Of a stretch of DNA of 64,000 bases, positions 29,748 to 38,489 are shown piece after piece; position 1 is the stretch's first letter; each line of letters starts with the position of its first letter. The DNA lies in the NCBI GenBank assembly GCA_026397405.1, contig JAPLUW010000001.1, positions 239,825 through 303,824 of the forward strand. The letters are read 5' to 3'. Position numbers and translations under genes: made by a program. Below the pieces are notes generated by a model. It did no database searches. It saw only the letters and a list, made by a program, of their open reading frames with translations, and was not told the origin of the DNA. This DNA is from Candidatus Adlerbacteria bacterium (lineage in GTDB: Bacteria; Patescibacteriota; Minisyncoccia; Phycocordibacterales; SBAW01).

Positions 29748-30613
29748 GACGCTCCCGGCTCGTCCTTAGTAAAAAGTATACCGTTTTTCCCAAGTGCTTG
29801 CGCGATATTTATAAACATTTTGCCACCATCTTGGGCGAATGAGTTGTATTGCTGGATACCCGAGAGGCCGCGCAGTGGGTCCGACAGCACAGTTTGCATG
29901 TCTGCATATGTTGCAATCATTTTTGCAAAGTCGTTCAACAGCCCTAAGTGAAAAGGAAGAAGTGTTTTCGGTACGTCTATAGCAAGCATGCCCTTTATAA
30001 ACACAGCATACTTTTTTTGGATGGCCGGGAACTCTTTAAATTGGATTGGGTCGTTGGTTGCGGTAACAGTGTCAATAATCGCCAGCGTTTTAAGGAATTC
30101 TCCGTTTGCATTTTTCTTAAAAACAGTCATCAACGCATTGCCATAGTCGTGCAAACTCGTGGGTGAATTGTCAGTAGCCGTAATATCAGCCTCACTATAT
30201 TGTTTTGTAGGCTGCGTCGTTCCAATTTGGGCAAGTGCGCCATTAATAAGTTCGTTTTGTGTTGGGATGTCGTCTCCGAGGCCTTGGGTTTTTGCATTGC
30301 TTAAGTTAACAAGCAAGGTACGTGAAAGGCGGTCGGTAATATTTGAGCTTTGCGCCGCTTGTAAAAGGTTGTTGACATCATTTTGGTCGGCCGGGGTTGG
30401 GAGGTTGGTTCCCGACTCTGCCTGTACCGTGTCGAGCGTCGTTTGCCAATTTGGGTCGGTAGTACCTGCATGCGGTGTCTGCGCAACTGTAATAGTGGGC
30501 GCCGGAGCATGTGTTGTAAATGCATTCGCTGCAAATACGAGCCCTACTGAAAGTAATATAGAGCCAAAAATAACGGAAAATTGCGTACTGGGGAAATATT
30601 TTGGTACCTTCAT
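29720..30613 (-). CDS. secreted protein, first gene of the T4SS-like operon
   Basis: Signal peptide MKVPKYFPSTQFSVIFGSILLSVGLVFAANA, 297 aa. Confidence 0.5.
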   Translation of the reverse strand: MKVPKYFPSTQFSVIFGSILLSVGLVFAANAFTTHAPAPTITVAQTPHAGTTDPNWQTTLDTVQAESGTNLPTPADQNDVNNLLQAAQSSNITDRLSRTLLVNLSNAKTQGLGDDIPTQNELINGALAQIGTTQPTKQYSEADITATDNSPTSLHDYGNALMTVFKKNANGEFLKTLAIIDTVTATNDPIQFKEFPAIQKKYAVFIKGMLAIDVPKTLLPFHLGLLNDFAKMIATYADMQTVLSDPLRGLSGIQQYNSFAQDGGKMFINIAQALGKNGILFTKDEPGASWALFGTPQ

Positions 30614-30620
30614 TTACCTA

Positions 30621-30651
30621 TAAGTATACCGTTGTTTTTGGAGTATACTTA
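30621..30651. promoter_or_regulatory. Inverted repeat TAAGTATAC-N13-GTATACTTA in the divergent promoter region upstream of the T4SS-like operon
   Basis: Perfect 9-bp arms, read directly from the sequence. Confidence 0.35.
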
Positions 30652-30659
30652 TTTTATAT

Positions 30660-31097
30660 ATGAAAGGCATAGTGCGTTTTACAGCCGGTATTGTCCTCGC
30701 CGCAACATTGCTCGCACCTTTTTCCGCTTCTGCGCAGGCTCAGGCGGGGCTTTCCTTTGGTGGGAGGATTACTTTTGTACTTCCTTGTCTTAGTTTGCTT
30801 GGTCCTTCTGTATGGACTGTTATTGTGCCTGCCCCATTTACTAAATTTCCTGCCTATGTGTGGACTGTGGCAACGCTGCGCGGAGGGCCCCCGTCTTTTA
30901 TAATGCCTGACCTTCCCCCACCTTTTCATCCTGGACAAGAAATTGCAGGCATTGCAGACATCCCTTTCTGGTGCTGTGCTCCCGGGTCAGTTCCAACTCC
31001 AGTACCATTTAGTTGCATCTCCAGTACCTTCCCATTTGTGGTATGGCCTCCACTTCCGGGGCAGCGTATGCAATGGGCAAACCAGAGCGTAATATAA
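30660..31097 (+). CDS. small secreted Pro/Cys-rich protein
   Basis: Signal peptide MKGIVRFTAGIVLAATLLAPFSASAQA. It diverges from the T4SS-like operon. Confidence 0.4.
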   Translation: MKGIVRFTAGIVLAATLLAPFSASAQAQAGLSFGGRITFVLPCLSLLGPSVWTVIVPAPFTKFPAYVWTVATLRGGPPSFIMPDLPPPFHPGQEIAGIADIPFWCCAPGSVPTPVPFSCISSTFPFVVWPPLPGQRMQWANQSVI

Positions 31098-31130
31098 GGT
31101 TAAATCTATCGATAGCGTCTCGGCACTCAT

Positions 31131-31916
31131 TTAGTGTGAAGAGAGTTCTAGCCACTTCTCTAGCGCTATATCTTCTGCGCGACTGTTTTCTGCAATACTC
31201 GCATTCTGCATAGCAGCTTCAGTTCCGTTTCCAAAAATTCCTGTAATATTTTTCTTTAGCATTTTTCGTTTTTGTGCGAAGCCGCTCTTTAGTACAGCAA
31301 AAAACTTTTTTTCATGCGCTGCGTCCTTAAAATTATTCCGCGAGATATTTGTTACTGCTAAAATTGCAGAGTCGACATCTGGCGGCGGGGAAAATGCTCC
31401 GCGTGGAACAGTCTTTATATATTTCACCTCGCCGTATACTTTGATCGAAAGTGAGAGAATACTTTCCTTTGTGCTTTTTGCAACTCGCTCGGCAACTTCT
31501 TTTTGTACTAAAAATACAAGCGTGCTTGGTTGTTTTTTTTCCTCAGACAAAAATTTTCGTAGCAGTGCGCCCGTGATGTAATACGGAATATTTGCAACAA
31601 GTTTAAAATCTTTCTTCCCTACTATTTCTCCGGCATCAATTTCTAGCGCATCACCTTCGTGTATAAAAAGTTTTTTACTTTGTATCTCGTCCGCAAACGT
31701 TTCTTCCAACACTGAAATTAAGCGGTGGTCTTTTTCAACGGCAACTACTGTCGCTCCGCGCACGAGCAGCTCTCTTGTGAGCGCGCCTTCGCCGGGCCCA
31801 ATTTCTAGCACACACTCCCCTTTTTGTATGCCAGCCGCATCCGCCATCGCACGCAAATATACGGGTGCGTTCAAAAAATGTTGCCCGAGTGATTTCTTTT
31901 TTATAATTTTCTCCAT
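31131..31916 (-). CDS. rsmA: 16S rRNA (adenine1518/1519-N6)-dimethyltransferase
   Basis: LGQHFL and EIGPGEGALT motifs match KsgA. Confidence 0.9.
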   Translation of the reverse strand: MEKIIKKKSLGQHFLNAPVYLRAMADAAGIQKGECVLEIGPGEGALTRELLVRGATVVAVEKDHRLISVLEETFADEIQSKKLFIHEGDALEIDAGEIVGKKDFKLVANIPYYITGALLRKFLSEEKKQPSTLVFLVQKEVAERVAKSTKESILSLSIKVYGEVKYIKTVPRGAFSPPPDVDSAILAVTNISRNNFKDAAHEKKFFAVLKSGFAQKRKMLKKNITGIFGNGTEAAMQNASIAENSRAEDIALEKWLELSSH

Positions 31917-31919
31917 ACG

Positions 31920-33869
31920 CTAGTCCAAATATATCGTTCTTCCAATCCGCTCAGGTGTTTCCCAATTCAACAAATGGTCAGAAATGTCAGAGAGAAATTG
32001 CGAAGGAATGGTCGCGTTTTTAGAACCAAAGACTGTCCGGTACGACGCAAAGGTGAGAAATAATTTTTTTTCAGCACGCGTAATTGCTACGTACATCAAA
32101 CGGCGCTCTTCTTCTTTGTCGGAGTTTTCTTCGCCCATACGCTCATATGGGAAGAGTCCTTCTTCAAGCCCGGTGATAAACACAAACGGGAATTCAAGAC
32201 CTTTTGATGCATGTACGGTCATAAGACGCACGGCGTTTGCGTTTTCTTTCAGCTCGTCTTGGTCGCTCTGCAACGCTGCGTTTTCAAGTAGTTGGTCCAG
32301 TCCTTCGCCCGGGCCAAGTGGGTCGTAGCGTACCGCGAGCGAAACAAGTTCGCGCAAGTTCTCTAACCGTTCAGGTCCTTCTATTTTATCTTCGCGGAAC
32401 ATACGTTCGAGCCCTGACTCGACAATGACAAATTTCAAAAATTCAGACGGTATCATCTGTGTTGCTTGCAGATGTATTTTTGAAAGTAGGAGGCGTAAGT
32501 TTTTTACTTTGTCTCCTACGGCGCCGCCGAGCGCATCTTCTTGTCCGCTTAATATTTTAAGCAATGTAACTTTGCCGATGCCGCGCGGTGGCACGTTTGC
32601 AATGCGGGCCAAGTCCCCCGGTGTTCCGTGTATCGCTGCTTTTATAAACGAAAGTACGTCTTTTATTTCTTTGCGTTCATAAAATTTTGTTCCAAGCAGC
32701 TGGTAGTCGAGCCCGGAATTGAGGAGCTGTTCTTCAATAGCGCGCGACTGAAAGTTTGCCCGGTAGAGTACACAAAAATCTCTTGGCTGTTTCCCGTCAC
32801 GCACCTGCTCTTTTATTTTTCGTACGATAAAGCCAGCCTCGTCAGTTTCGTCAAACGCTTGGTACAGGCCAAGCTGCTCGCCGTCATTATTTTTTGTGTA
32901 CAGGTTTTTTTCGCGGCGGTTGGTGTTTTTTGCAATAACTTCGTTGGCCGCTGCCAAAATATTTTTGGTCGAGCGGTAGTTTTCTTCCAACAAAATAATT
33001 TTTGCCCCGGGGTACTTTTTTTCGAACGAAAGTATGTTGGCAATTTCAGCGCCACGCCACCCATAAATTGTTTGGTCGATGTCGCCCACGGCGCAAATAT
33101 TTTTCTCTGGTCCTACGAGCAGCTCGGCCATTTTTGCTTGCACCGAGTTGGTGTCTTGATATTCGTCTATATGTATATAGCGCCAGCGCTTTTGGTAGGA
33201 AAGGCGCACCGCTTCGTTGTTTTGCAGCAGGCGCATCGCTTTAACGAGTAGGTCGTCAAAGTCCACGGCGCCGTCTTTTTTAAGTGCTGCGTCGTAGGCA
33301 AGCCATACTTGTCCGACCACGCGGTCGACGGGCATCTCGGCTTTTTCTACAAACGAAGTTGCCTCGCGCCCCTGCCCTTTTTGTTTGGAAATTATTCCCA
33401 AGGCCGTACGAGGTTCGATTTCTTCGTTACCTAATGCCTTCAACGCCGCTTTTACTTCGCGCATAGAGTCGGCGCGGTCGTATATGGTTGGGGTGCGCTT
33501 GTACCCCAGCAAGACATGATTTTCTTTAATTATCTGCAGGCCAAGCGAATGGAAGGTAGAAACAAAGGGTACGCCAGAGATGTGTGGGCCGGAGCGGGAC
33601 CCGGTTGCGGAGCCGGAGATCGACGCAGAGGGTCCCGCGGAGGCTTTTAGTAATTGGGTAACCCGCTCCCGCATCTCGGCCGCCGCTTTGTTGGTAAACG
33701 TAATAGCCAGAATTTGCTCGGGGGCTACTCCTCCCCGCACAATTTCCAAAATCCGGTGGGCAATAACTCGTGTTTTGCCCGCGCCAGCACCCGCAATAAC
33801 CAAAAGCGGCCCCTCAGTCGAGAGCACCGCTTCCTTCTGCGCGTCGTTCAACCCTGCATCTGCGGTCAT
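31920..33869 (-). CDS. uvrD: UvrD/PcrA-family ATP-dependent DNA helicase
   Basis: Walker A AGAGAGKTRV and the SF1 helicase motifs are present. 649 aa. Confidence 0.9.
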   Translation of the reverse strand: MTADAGLNDAQKEAVLSTEGPLLVIAGAGAGKTRVIAHRILEIVRGGVAPEQILAITFTNKAAAEMRERVTQLLKASAGPSASISGSATGSRSGPHISGVPFVSTFHSLGLQIIKENHVLLGYKRTPTIYDRADSMREVKAALKALGNEEIEPRTALGIISKQKGQGREATSFVEKAEMPVDRVVGQVWLAYDAALKKDGAVDFDDLLVKAMRLLQNNEAVRLSYQKRWRYIHIDEYQDTNSVQAKMAELLVGPEKNICAVGDIDQTIYGWRGAEIANILSFEKKYPGAKIILLEENYRSTKNILAAANEVIAKNTNRREKNLYTKNNDGEQLGLYQAFDETDEAGFIVRKIKEQVRDGKQPRDFCVLYRANFQSRAIEEQLLNSGLDYQLLGTKFYERKEIKDVLSFIKAAIHGTPGDLARIANVPPRGIGKVTLLKILSGQEDALGGAVGDKVKNLRLLLSKIHLQATQMIPSEFLKFVIVESGLERMFREDKIEGPERLENLRELVSLAVRYDPLGPGEGLDQLLENAALQSDQDELKENANAVRLMTVHASKGLEFPFVFITGLEEGLFPYERMGEENSDKEEERRLMYVAITRAEKKLFLTFASYRTVFGSKNATIPSQFLSDISDHLLNWETPERIGRTIYLD

Positions 33870-34143
33870 CTATATAAAGTAGCGCACAATGGTATATTTA
33901 CATAATTAGATATAACTCAATGTGTATTTAATTCCGTCAATATCTCCTCCTTCATCTTATATACACCTAGAAATAAGGCTATTTTGGGGCCAAAATATAG
34001 TTGTCCACAGTTCCCCGCTCGTCAAGTTGACCACCCGGGCTCATTTACTATAGTTAAGGTACGGGGTGAAGAATATATGAAATGGCTCTGTTGAGCCGTT
34101 TTATTGCAGAAATAGCTAAGCGAGCGCTTAAAATAGGCTTATT

Positions 34144-35310
34144 TTGTTTCACAATACAGACCCTGCCCAGACGGAACGTGCGTATTCCTCAGGGCGGGCA
34201 AAAAAATCGCTGGTACTTGCTCTTGTGTTAGGAGGAGCGTCTTTTGTATTTTCTATACCACTGCTTGCATCTGCAAGTATTTTTGCGTCTTTGCTACAAA
34301 CAACCGCTGCACAGACCAGCGCAGCGGGCTCTACTTCGAACTCGCAGACCATGGTGCTTTTGGCACCAGCAGTAAACCTCGACCCCCACCCTGCTGTGGG
34401 TGGCGGCGACATTAGTTTGGTGGACGGCTCTGCACTGTTGGCACAAGAAGGTCCGTCGGGTACCGCTGCCGATATTGAAAGTAAGCCGACCAACCCGCAG
34501 GTAAGTGTCTACACTGTCCACGAAGGTGACACACTGTCGGGTATCGCAAAAATGTTCGATGTGACGGCAGGGACCATCCTTGGTGCAAACGACATCAAGG
34601 GTGGCATAGTGCACCCGGGCCAGACACTTATTATTTTGCCAATCCCTGGTATTCAACACACGGTGCTTAAAGGCGAGACACTCGCGTCGTTGGCAAAGAA
34701 ATATAATTCCGACGCAGGCGACATTGCTAAATACAATGCACTCGCACTAGGTGACTCGCTTGTTATTGGTGACACTATTCTTATCCCAGGAGGAGAAGTT
34801 TCTGCACCGGTACAAACTCCTGCTAAGACTCCTACCAAAACAAAGACGCCGACAAATTCGCACTCAAAACTTATCGCGAATATTAAAAACGGTTCAAAGA
34901 CCGAACCATACTTGGGCGGCTCGGGCCCTTCACTTGGCTCGTACTTTACCTGGCCAGTTGCGGGCGGCATCATCACGCAAGGTCTCCACGGATGGAACGG
35001 TGTCGACATTGGCGCAGCAAAAGGTACTGCAATTTATGCAGCTGCAGGAGGCACGGTGATTGTTGCACAGGCGGGCGGCGGGTGGAACGGTGGCTACGGA
35101 AGTTATGTCGTCGTACAACATGGCAACGGCACACAAACTTTGTATGCGCACATGAGCAAAGTGTTGGTTTCTGCCGGTGACAGTGTTGACCAAGGTGACA
35201 CACTCGGCAAAGTTGGTGCCACTGGCGAAGCTACCGGCCCGCACTTGCACTTCGAAGTTCGCGGTGCCGAAAACCCATTTGCCGACATGCCGCTCGGGAG
35301 CAGTAATTAA
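34144..35310 (+). CDS. LysM-domain M23 family peptidoglycan metalloendopeptidase
   Basis: Two LysM repeats (VHEGDTLSGIA, VLKGETLASLA) and M23 motifs HxxxD and HLHFEV. Confidence 0.85.
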   Translation: MFHNTDPAQTERAYSSGRAKKSLVLALVLGGASFVFSIPLLASASIFASLLQTTAAQTSAAGSTSNSQTMVLLAPAVNLDPHPAVGGGDISLVDGSALLAQEGPSGTAADIESKPTNPQVSVYTVHEGDTLSGIAKMFDVTAGTILGANDIKGGIVHPGQTLIILPIPGIQHTVLKGETLASLAKKYNSDAGDIAKYNALALGDSLVIGDTILIPGGEVSAPVQTPAKTPTKTKTPTNSHSKLIANIKNGSKTEPYLGGSGPSLGSYFTWPVAGGIITQGLHGWNGVDIGAAKGTAIYAAAGGTVIVAQAGGGWNGGYGSYVVVQHGNGTQTLYAHMSKVLVSAGDSVDQGDTLGKVGATGEATGPHLHFEVRGAENPFADMPLGSSN

Positions 35311-36875
35311 TTTTTTCGTTGACGGTATTGGAGCGCTTCCAAAACGTGCGACTCATTGATGTCGGGAGCACCGTCCAGGTCGGCGACGGTGCGTGCAACT
35401 TTTATCACACGATGAAATGCACGTGGAGAAAGCGAAAGTCGCTGCCCTGCTTTTTCGAGTGTGGTGCGAACTTTCTCGCTGAGTGGCACGAGGTCTTCTA
35501 GTTCGCGCGGCGAAAGGTCGCTGTTTGTTTTTGTAAAATTCTTCCCCTCTTTTTCTTTTTTAAAACGTGCAAACCGCGCTTGCTGCATGGCGCGTGCATC
35601 TAAAACTTTTTTGCGTGCAACCGTAGTCTCACTTCCACGGACTGTTTTTTTACCGAGCTCGGGCAGGTCGACCGGCCCCATCACCATCCACAGGTCAATG
35701 CGGTCAGCAATGGGCCCGGAAATTTTTCTGCGGTATCGCTCGAGTGTCACGGGGCTGCAGGTGCACGCGACAGTTGGGTGGCCCCAGTTGCCGCAGGGGC
35801 ACGGGTTCATTGCCGCAACGAGTGTGAAACGCGCGGGGAAAAGTGCCGTACCTTTTGCGCGTGCAACAGCAATAACGCGGTCTTCCAAAGGTTGGCGCAG
35901 TGCTTCTATCACACGACGTTCAAATTCGGGGAACTCATCTAAAAATAAAACACCGCGGTGTGCGAGCGTTGCTTCGCCCGGCCGTGGTGTTGCACCACCT
36001 CCAACTATAGAAACATAGGAAGACGTGTGATGCGGCGCGCGGAACGGCGGCATCGTAATTAGTTCGCTCCGCAATACTCCCGCGACAGAATGTATGCCGT
36101 TTACTTCAAGCACTTCGTCAAACAACAGTGGCGGCAAAATTGACGCAAGTGCGCGTGCCAACATTGTCTTGCCAGTGCCGGGTGGGCCGCTTAAACCTAA
36201 ATTGTGTCCACCCGCGGCTGCAATTATTGCGGCGCGTTTTGCACTTTCTTGCCCGCGAATATCTTCAAATGCAAACTGAGTTTCTGCGAGCGACGGTTCG
36301 AGTTTGGTTTGCGGCGCAGCTACTAACTTCTGTGTTTCTTTTTTGGTCGCGTTTCTCTTTTCATTTAAATGGTCAATAACTTCTCCCAAACTTGTTGCTC
36401 CGTAAATTTCTATACCGCCTACAAGTGCGGCTTCCACTTCGTTTGCTTTGGGGACAAACACAGCACGCTTCCCTTTTCGTTTTGCTTCGGCAACAAGTGG
36501 CAAAATTCCGCGTACTGGTTGCAGCATGCCGTCGAGCGAAAGTTCTCCTACAAACAACAAATGCTCTGGGTCAAAACGAATGTCGTCTGCAGCAAGTAAA
36601 TATGAAAGTGCGATGGGTAGGTCAAACATCGGACCTTCCTTTTTTAAATCGGCCGGTGCGAGCGAGATGACAATTTTTTGGTTCCGACTTTTTGGCGACT
36701 CAAACCCCGAATGTTTTATCGCGGCAGCAACACGGTCGCGACTTTCTTCCACTGCTTTGTCGGGGAGGCCGACAACCGTAAAAGAATGTAACCCTCGCGA
36801 GAGGTCAGTTTCAATAGAAACAATATGTGGAGTTAGAAGAGAAGTTTGCGCACCGTACACACGAGCGTACTGCAT
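35307..36875 (-). CDS. comM: YifB/ComM-family Mg-chelatase-like AAA+ ATPase
   Basis: GPPGTGKTMLARALASILPPL together with Lon-like N-terminal and C-terminal ComM domains. Confidence 0.9.
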   Translation of the reverse strand: MQYARVYGAQTSLLTPHIVSIETDLSRGLHSFTVVGLPDKAVEESRDRVAAAIKHSGFESPKSRNQKIVISLAPADLKKEGPMFDLPIALSYLLAADDIRFDPEHLLFVGELSLDGMLQPVRGILPLVAEAKRKGKRAVFVPKANEVEAALVGGIEIYGATSLGEVIDHLNEKRNATKKETQKLVAAPQTKLEPSLAETQFAFEDIRGQESAKRAAIIAAAGGHNLGLSGPPGTGKTMLARALASILPPLLFDEVLEVNGIHSVAGVLRSELITMPPFRAPHHTSSYVSIVGGGATPRPGEATLAHRGVLFLDEFPEFERRVIEALRQPLEDRVIAVARAKGTALFPARFTLVAAMNPCPCGNWGHPTVACTCSPVTLERYRRKISGPIADRIDLWMVMGPVDLPELGKKTVRGSETTVARKKVLDARAMQQARFARFKKEKEGKNFTKTNSDLSPRELEDLVPLSEKVRTTLEKAGQRLSLSPRAFHRVIKVARTVADLDGAPDINESHVLEALQYRQRKN

Positions 36876-36899
36876 ACATATATTGTATAGCAGAATTTT

Positions 36900-37271
36900 T
36901 TACGACAAGTTTTTTTCTTCGTCGATATGGGTTTTGCAGGTACGTGCTGAAGGGTTTGCTTCGAGACGATCTTCTTCAATTGCTTCTCCACAAATTTCGC
37001 ACAAGCCGTAGGTACCTTCTTCTATTTTTGCTAGTGCGCGTTTGATGTCGTGCCAATGCACTTGTATCTCGGCAATTTCTGTTTGGTTTTCTTCAAACTC
37101 TTCAATGCGGTCGGCAACTTCGTCTGCTTCTGTCGCGCTTTGGTCAATATCTTTTACTGCAGCGTCCCACTCCCCTGCATCGTTCTTCCACCCCAAGTTT
37201 TTCAACTCTTCTTCAACTGTGTGCAACTGCTCGGTCAGTACTTTTTTAAAGTGTGTAGTTTCGTGTATCAT
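36900..37271 (-). CDS. DksA/TraR-family C4-type zinc-finger protein
   Basis: An acidic coiled-coil plus CEICGEAIEE...RTCKTH. Confidence 0.7.
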   Translation of the reverse strand: MIHETTHFKKVLTEQLHTVEEELKNLGWKNDAGEWDAAVKDIDQSATEADEVADRIEEFEENQTEIAEIQVHWHDIKRALAKIEEGTYGLCEICGEAIEEDRLEANPSARTCKTHIDEEKNLS

Positions 37272-37313
37272 GCCTGCATCATACCAGCCTAAAAAATGTA
37301 CGGCAACGCAGGG

Positions 37314-38489
37314 CTACTTGCCCGGCAGCGGCAGTATAGGTGCTTGCAACAAGCGAGAAATAATTTCACGCAATGTGCCAGCGTTGGTTGTTATAACAAT
37401 TGTCTGTCGGTCTAGAAAGGTCCAGAGGAAATTAAGCGACCCGTCCGCGCTTGTAAGTATCCGTGCGTTGTGGTTTTCGACAATTACGTCAAAAAAGTTA
37501 GTCTGCAAAAATTGTGCCGACCCAGCACTTTGCTGCGCGCGCACACCAGGGGCTGGAGTGTACGCAAACAAAGGCGAGAGGTCGGCCTTCATGCTTGTTT
37601 CCCACGCTAACATTCCTGCATACGCTTGTTCGTATGAGTCGACTTTAATAATCAAAAACGGCTGGTTCAGTCCAAACGAATGTACACCAAGCAAGTACAC
37701 CGGCTGCACCGCACGCAATAAATTACCCGGGATGTCGGGTGCAAGCGCCGCAAGTAATGTGGGTGCATCGACATACTGCGTTACAGAGTCGCTGCTTGTG
37801 GCAGGAGTTTGTATATACAATTGCGCAATCAACCCAAGAGAGAGGTTTACAGATTTTTTTGCCTGCACGAGCTGGTTCATCACCGCGCTTGGTGTTGTGT
37901 TTTGAGACATCGACACGAGGGTTGTGCCGTCGACGGCAATAAACGGCGCAGCATTTGGTGACCCTGCCGGGAGCGGTGCGTTAAATACATACACGTAGTG
38001 CACCAGTACCCCTGCGGCAATAACCAGCAACACACTCGCTGCAATAAGTACGACAGTACGGAGTGTGTGTTTTGGCTGGGTGGCCTCTATGAGTTCGTGT
38101 ATTTCGAGGCTCTTCTTGCTGCGCCTCTCTGCCTCTGCTGCGGCGATGGAAACAACTGAAACATGCTTTCCTTGGACGACACGTTCCACATCGCCTTGGT
38201 ATGTCTGTAAATTACGCACATCAGACGACTCCGCTTCTACAAGAGGTTCTGGTGTCAGAGCAGAAGCTAATACAGGGACCACCTCTGGTTTTGGTTCTGC
38301 AAGCGTTGCCCCCAGTTCTTGCGCCAAAAGTGCGCCCGCGTTTATGCGCTGCGCAGAGTCGACGGACGGGCCGTCTTTTTTTGGTAGGAGGATTTTACCT
38401 AGGTCTATCTCCCCCGCCCCCGAGTGTTGGTCCTGTGGTTCTGGTGGCATTGTTTTGTGTAGACGGCGCGAGACCCTTACGTGCAGCAA
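37314..38489 (-). CDS. membrane-anchored hypothetical protein
   Basis: One central TM (LRTVVLIAASVLLVIAAGVLV) with no recognised domain. Confidence 0.45.
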   Translation of the reverse strand: MLHVRVSRRLHKTMPPEPQDQHSGAGEIDLGKILLPKKDGPSVDSAQRINAGALLAQELGATLAEPKPEVVPVLASALTPEPLVEAESSDVRNLQTYQGDVERVVQGKHVSVVSIAAAEAERRSKKSLEIHELIEATQPKHTLRTVVLIAASVLLVIAAGVLVHYVYVFNAPLPAGSPNAAPFIAVDGTTLVSMSQNTTPSAVMNQLVQAKKSVNLSLGLIAQLYIQTPATSSDSVTQYVDAPTLLAALAPDIPGNLLRAVQPVYLLGVHSFGLNQPFLIIKVDSYEQAYAGMLAWETSMKADLSPLFAYTPAPGVRAQQSAGSAQFLQTNFFDVIVENHNARILTSADGSLNFLWTFLDRQTIVITTNAGTLREIISRLLQAPILPLPGK

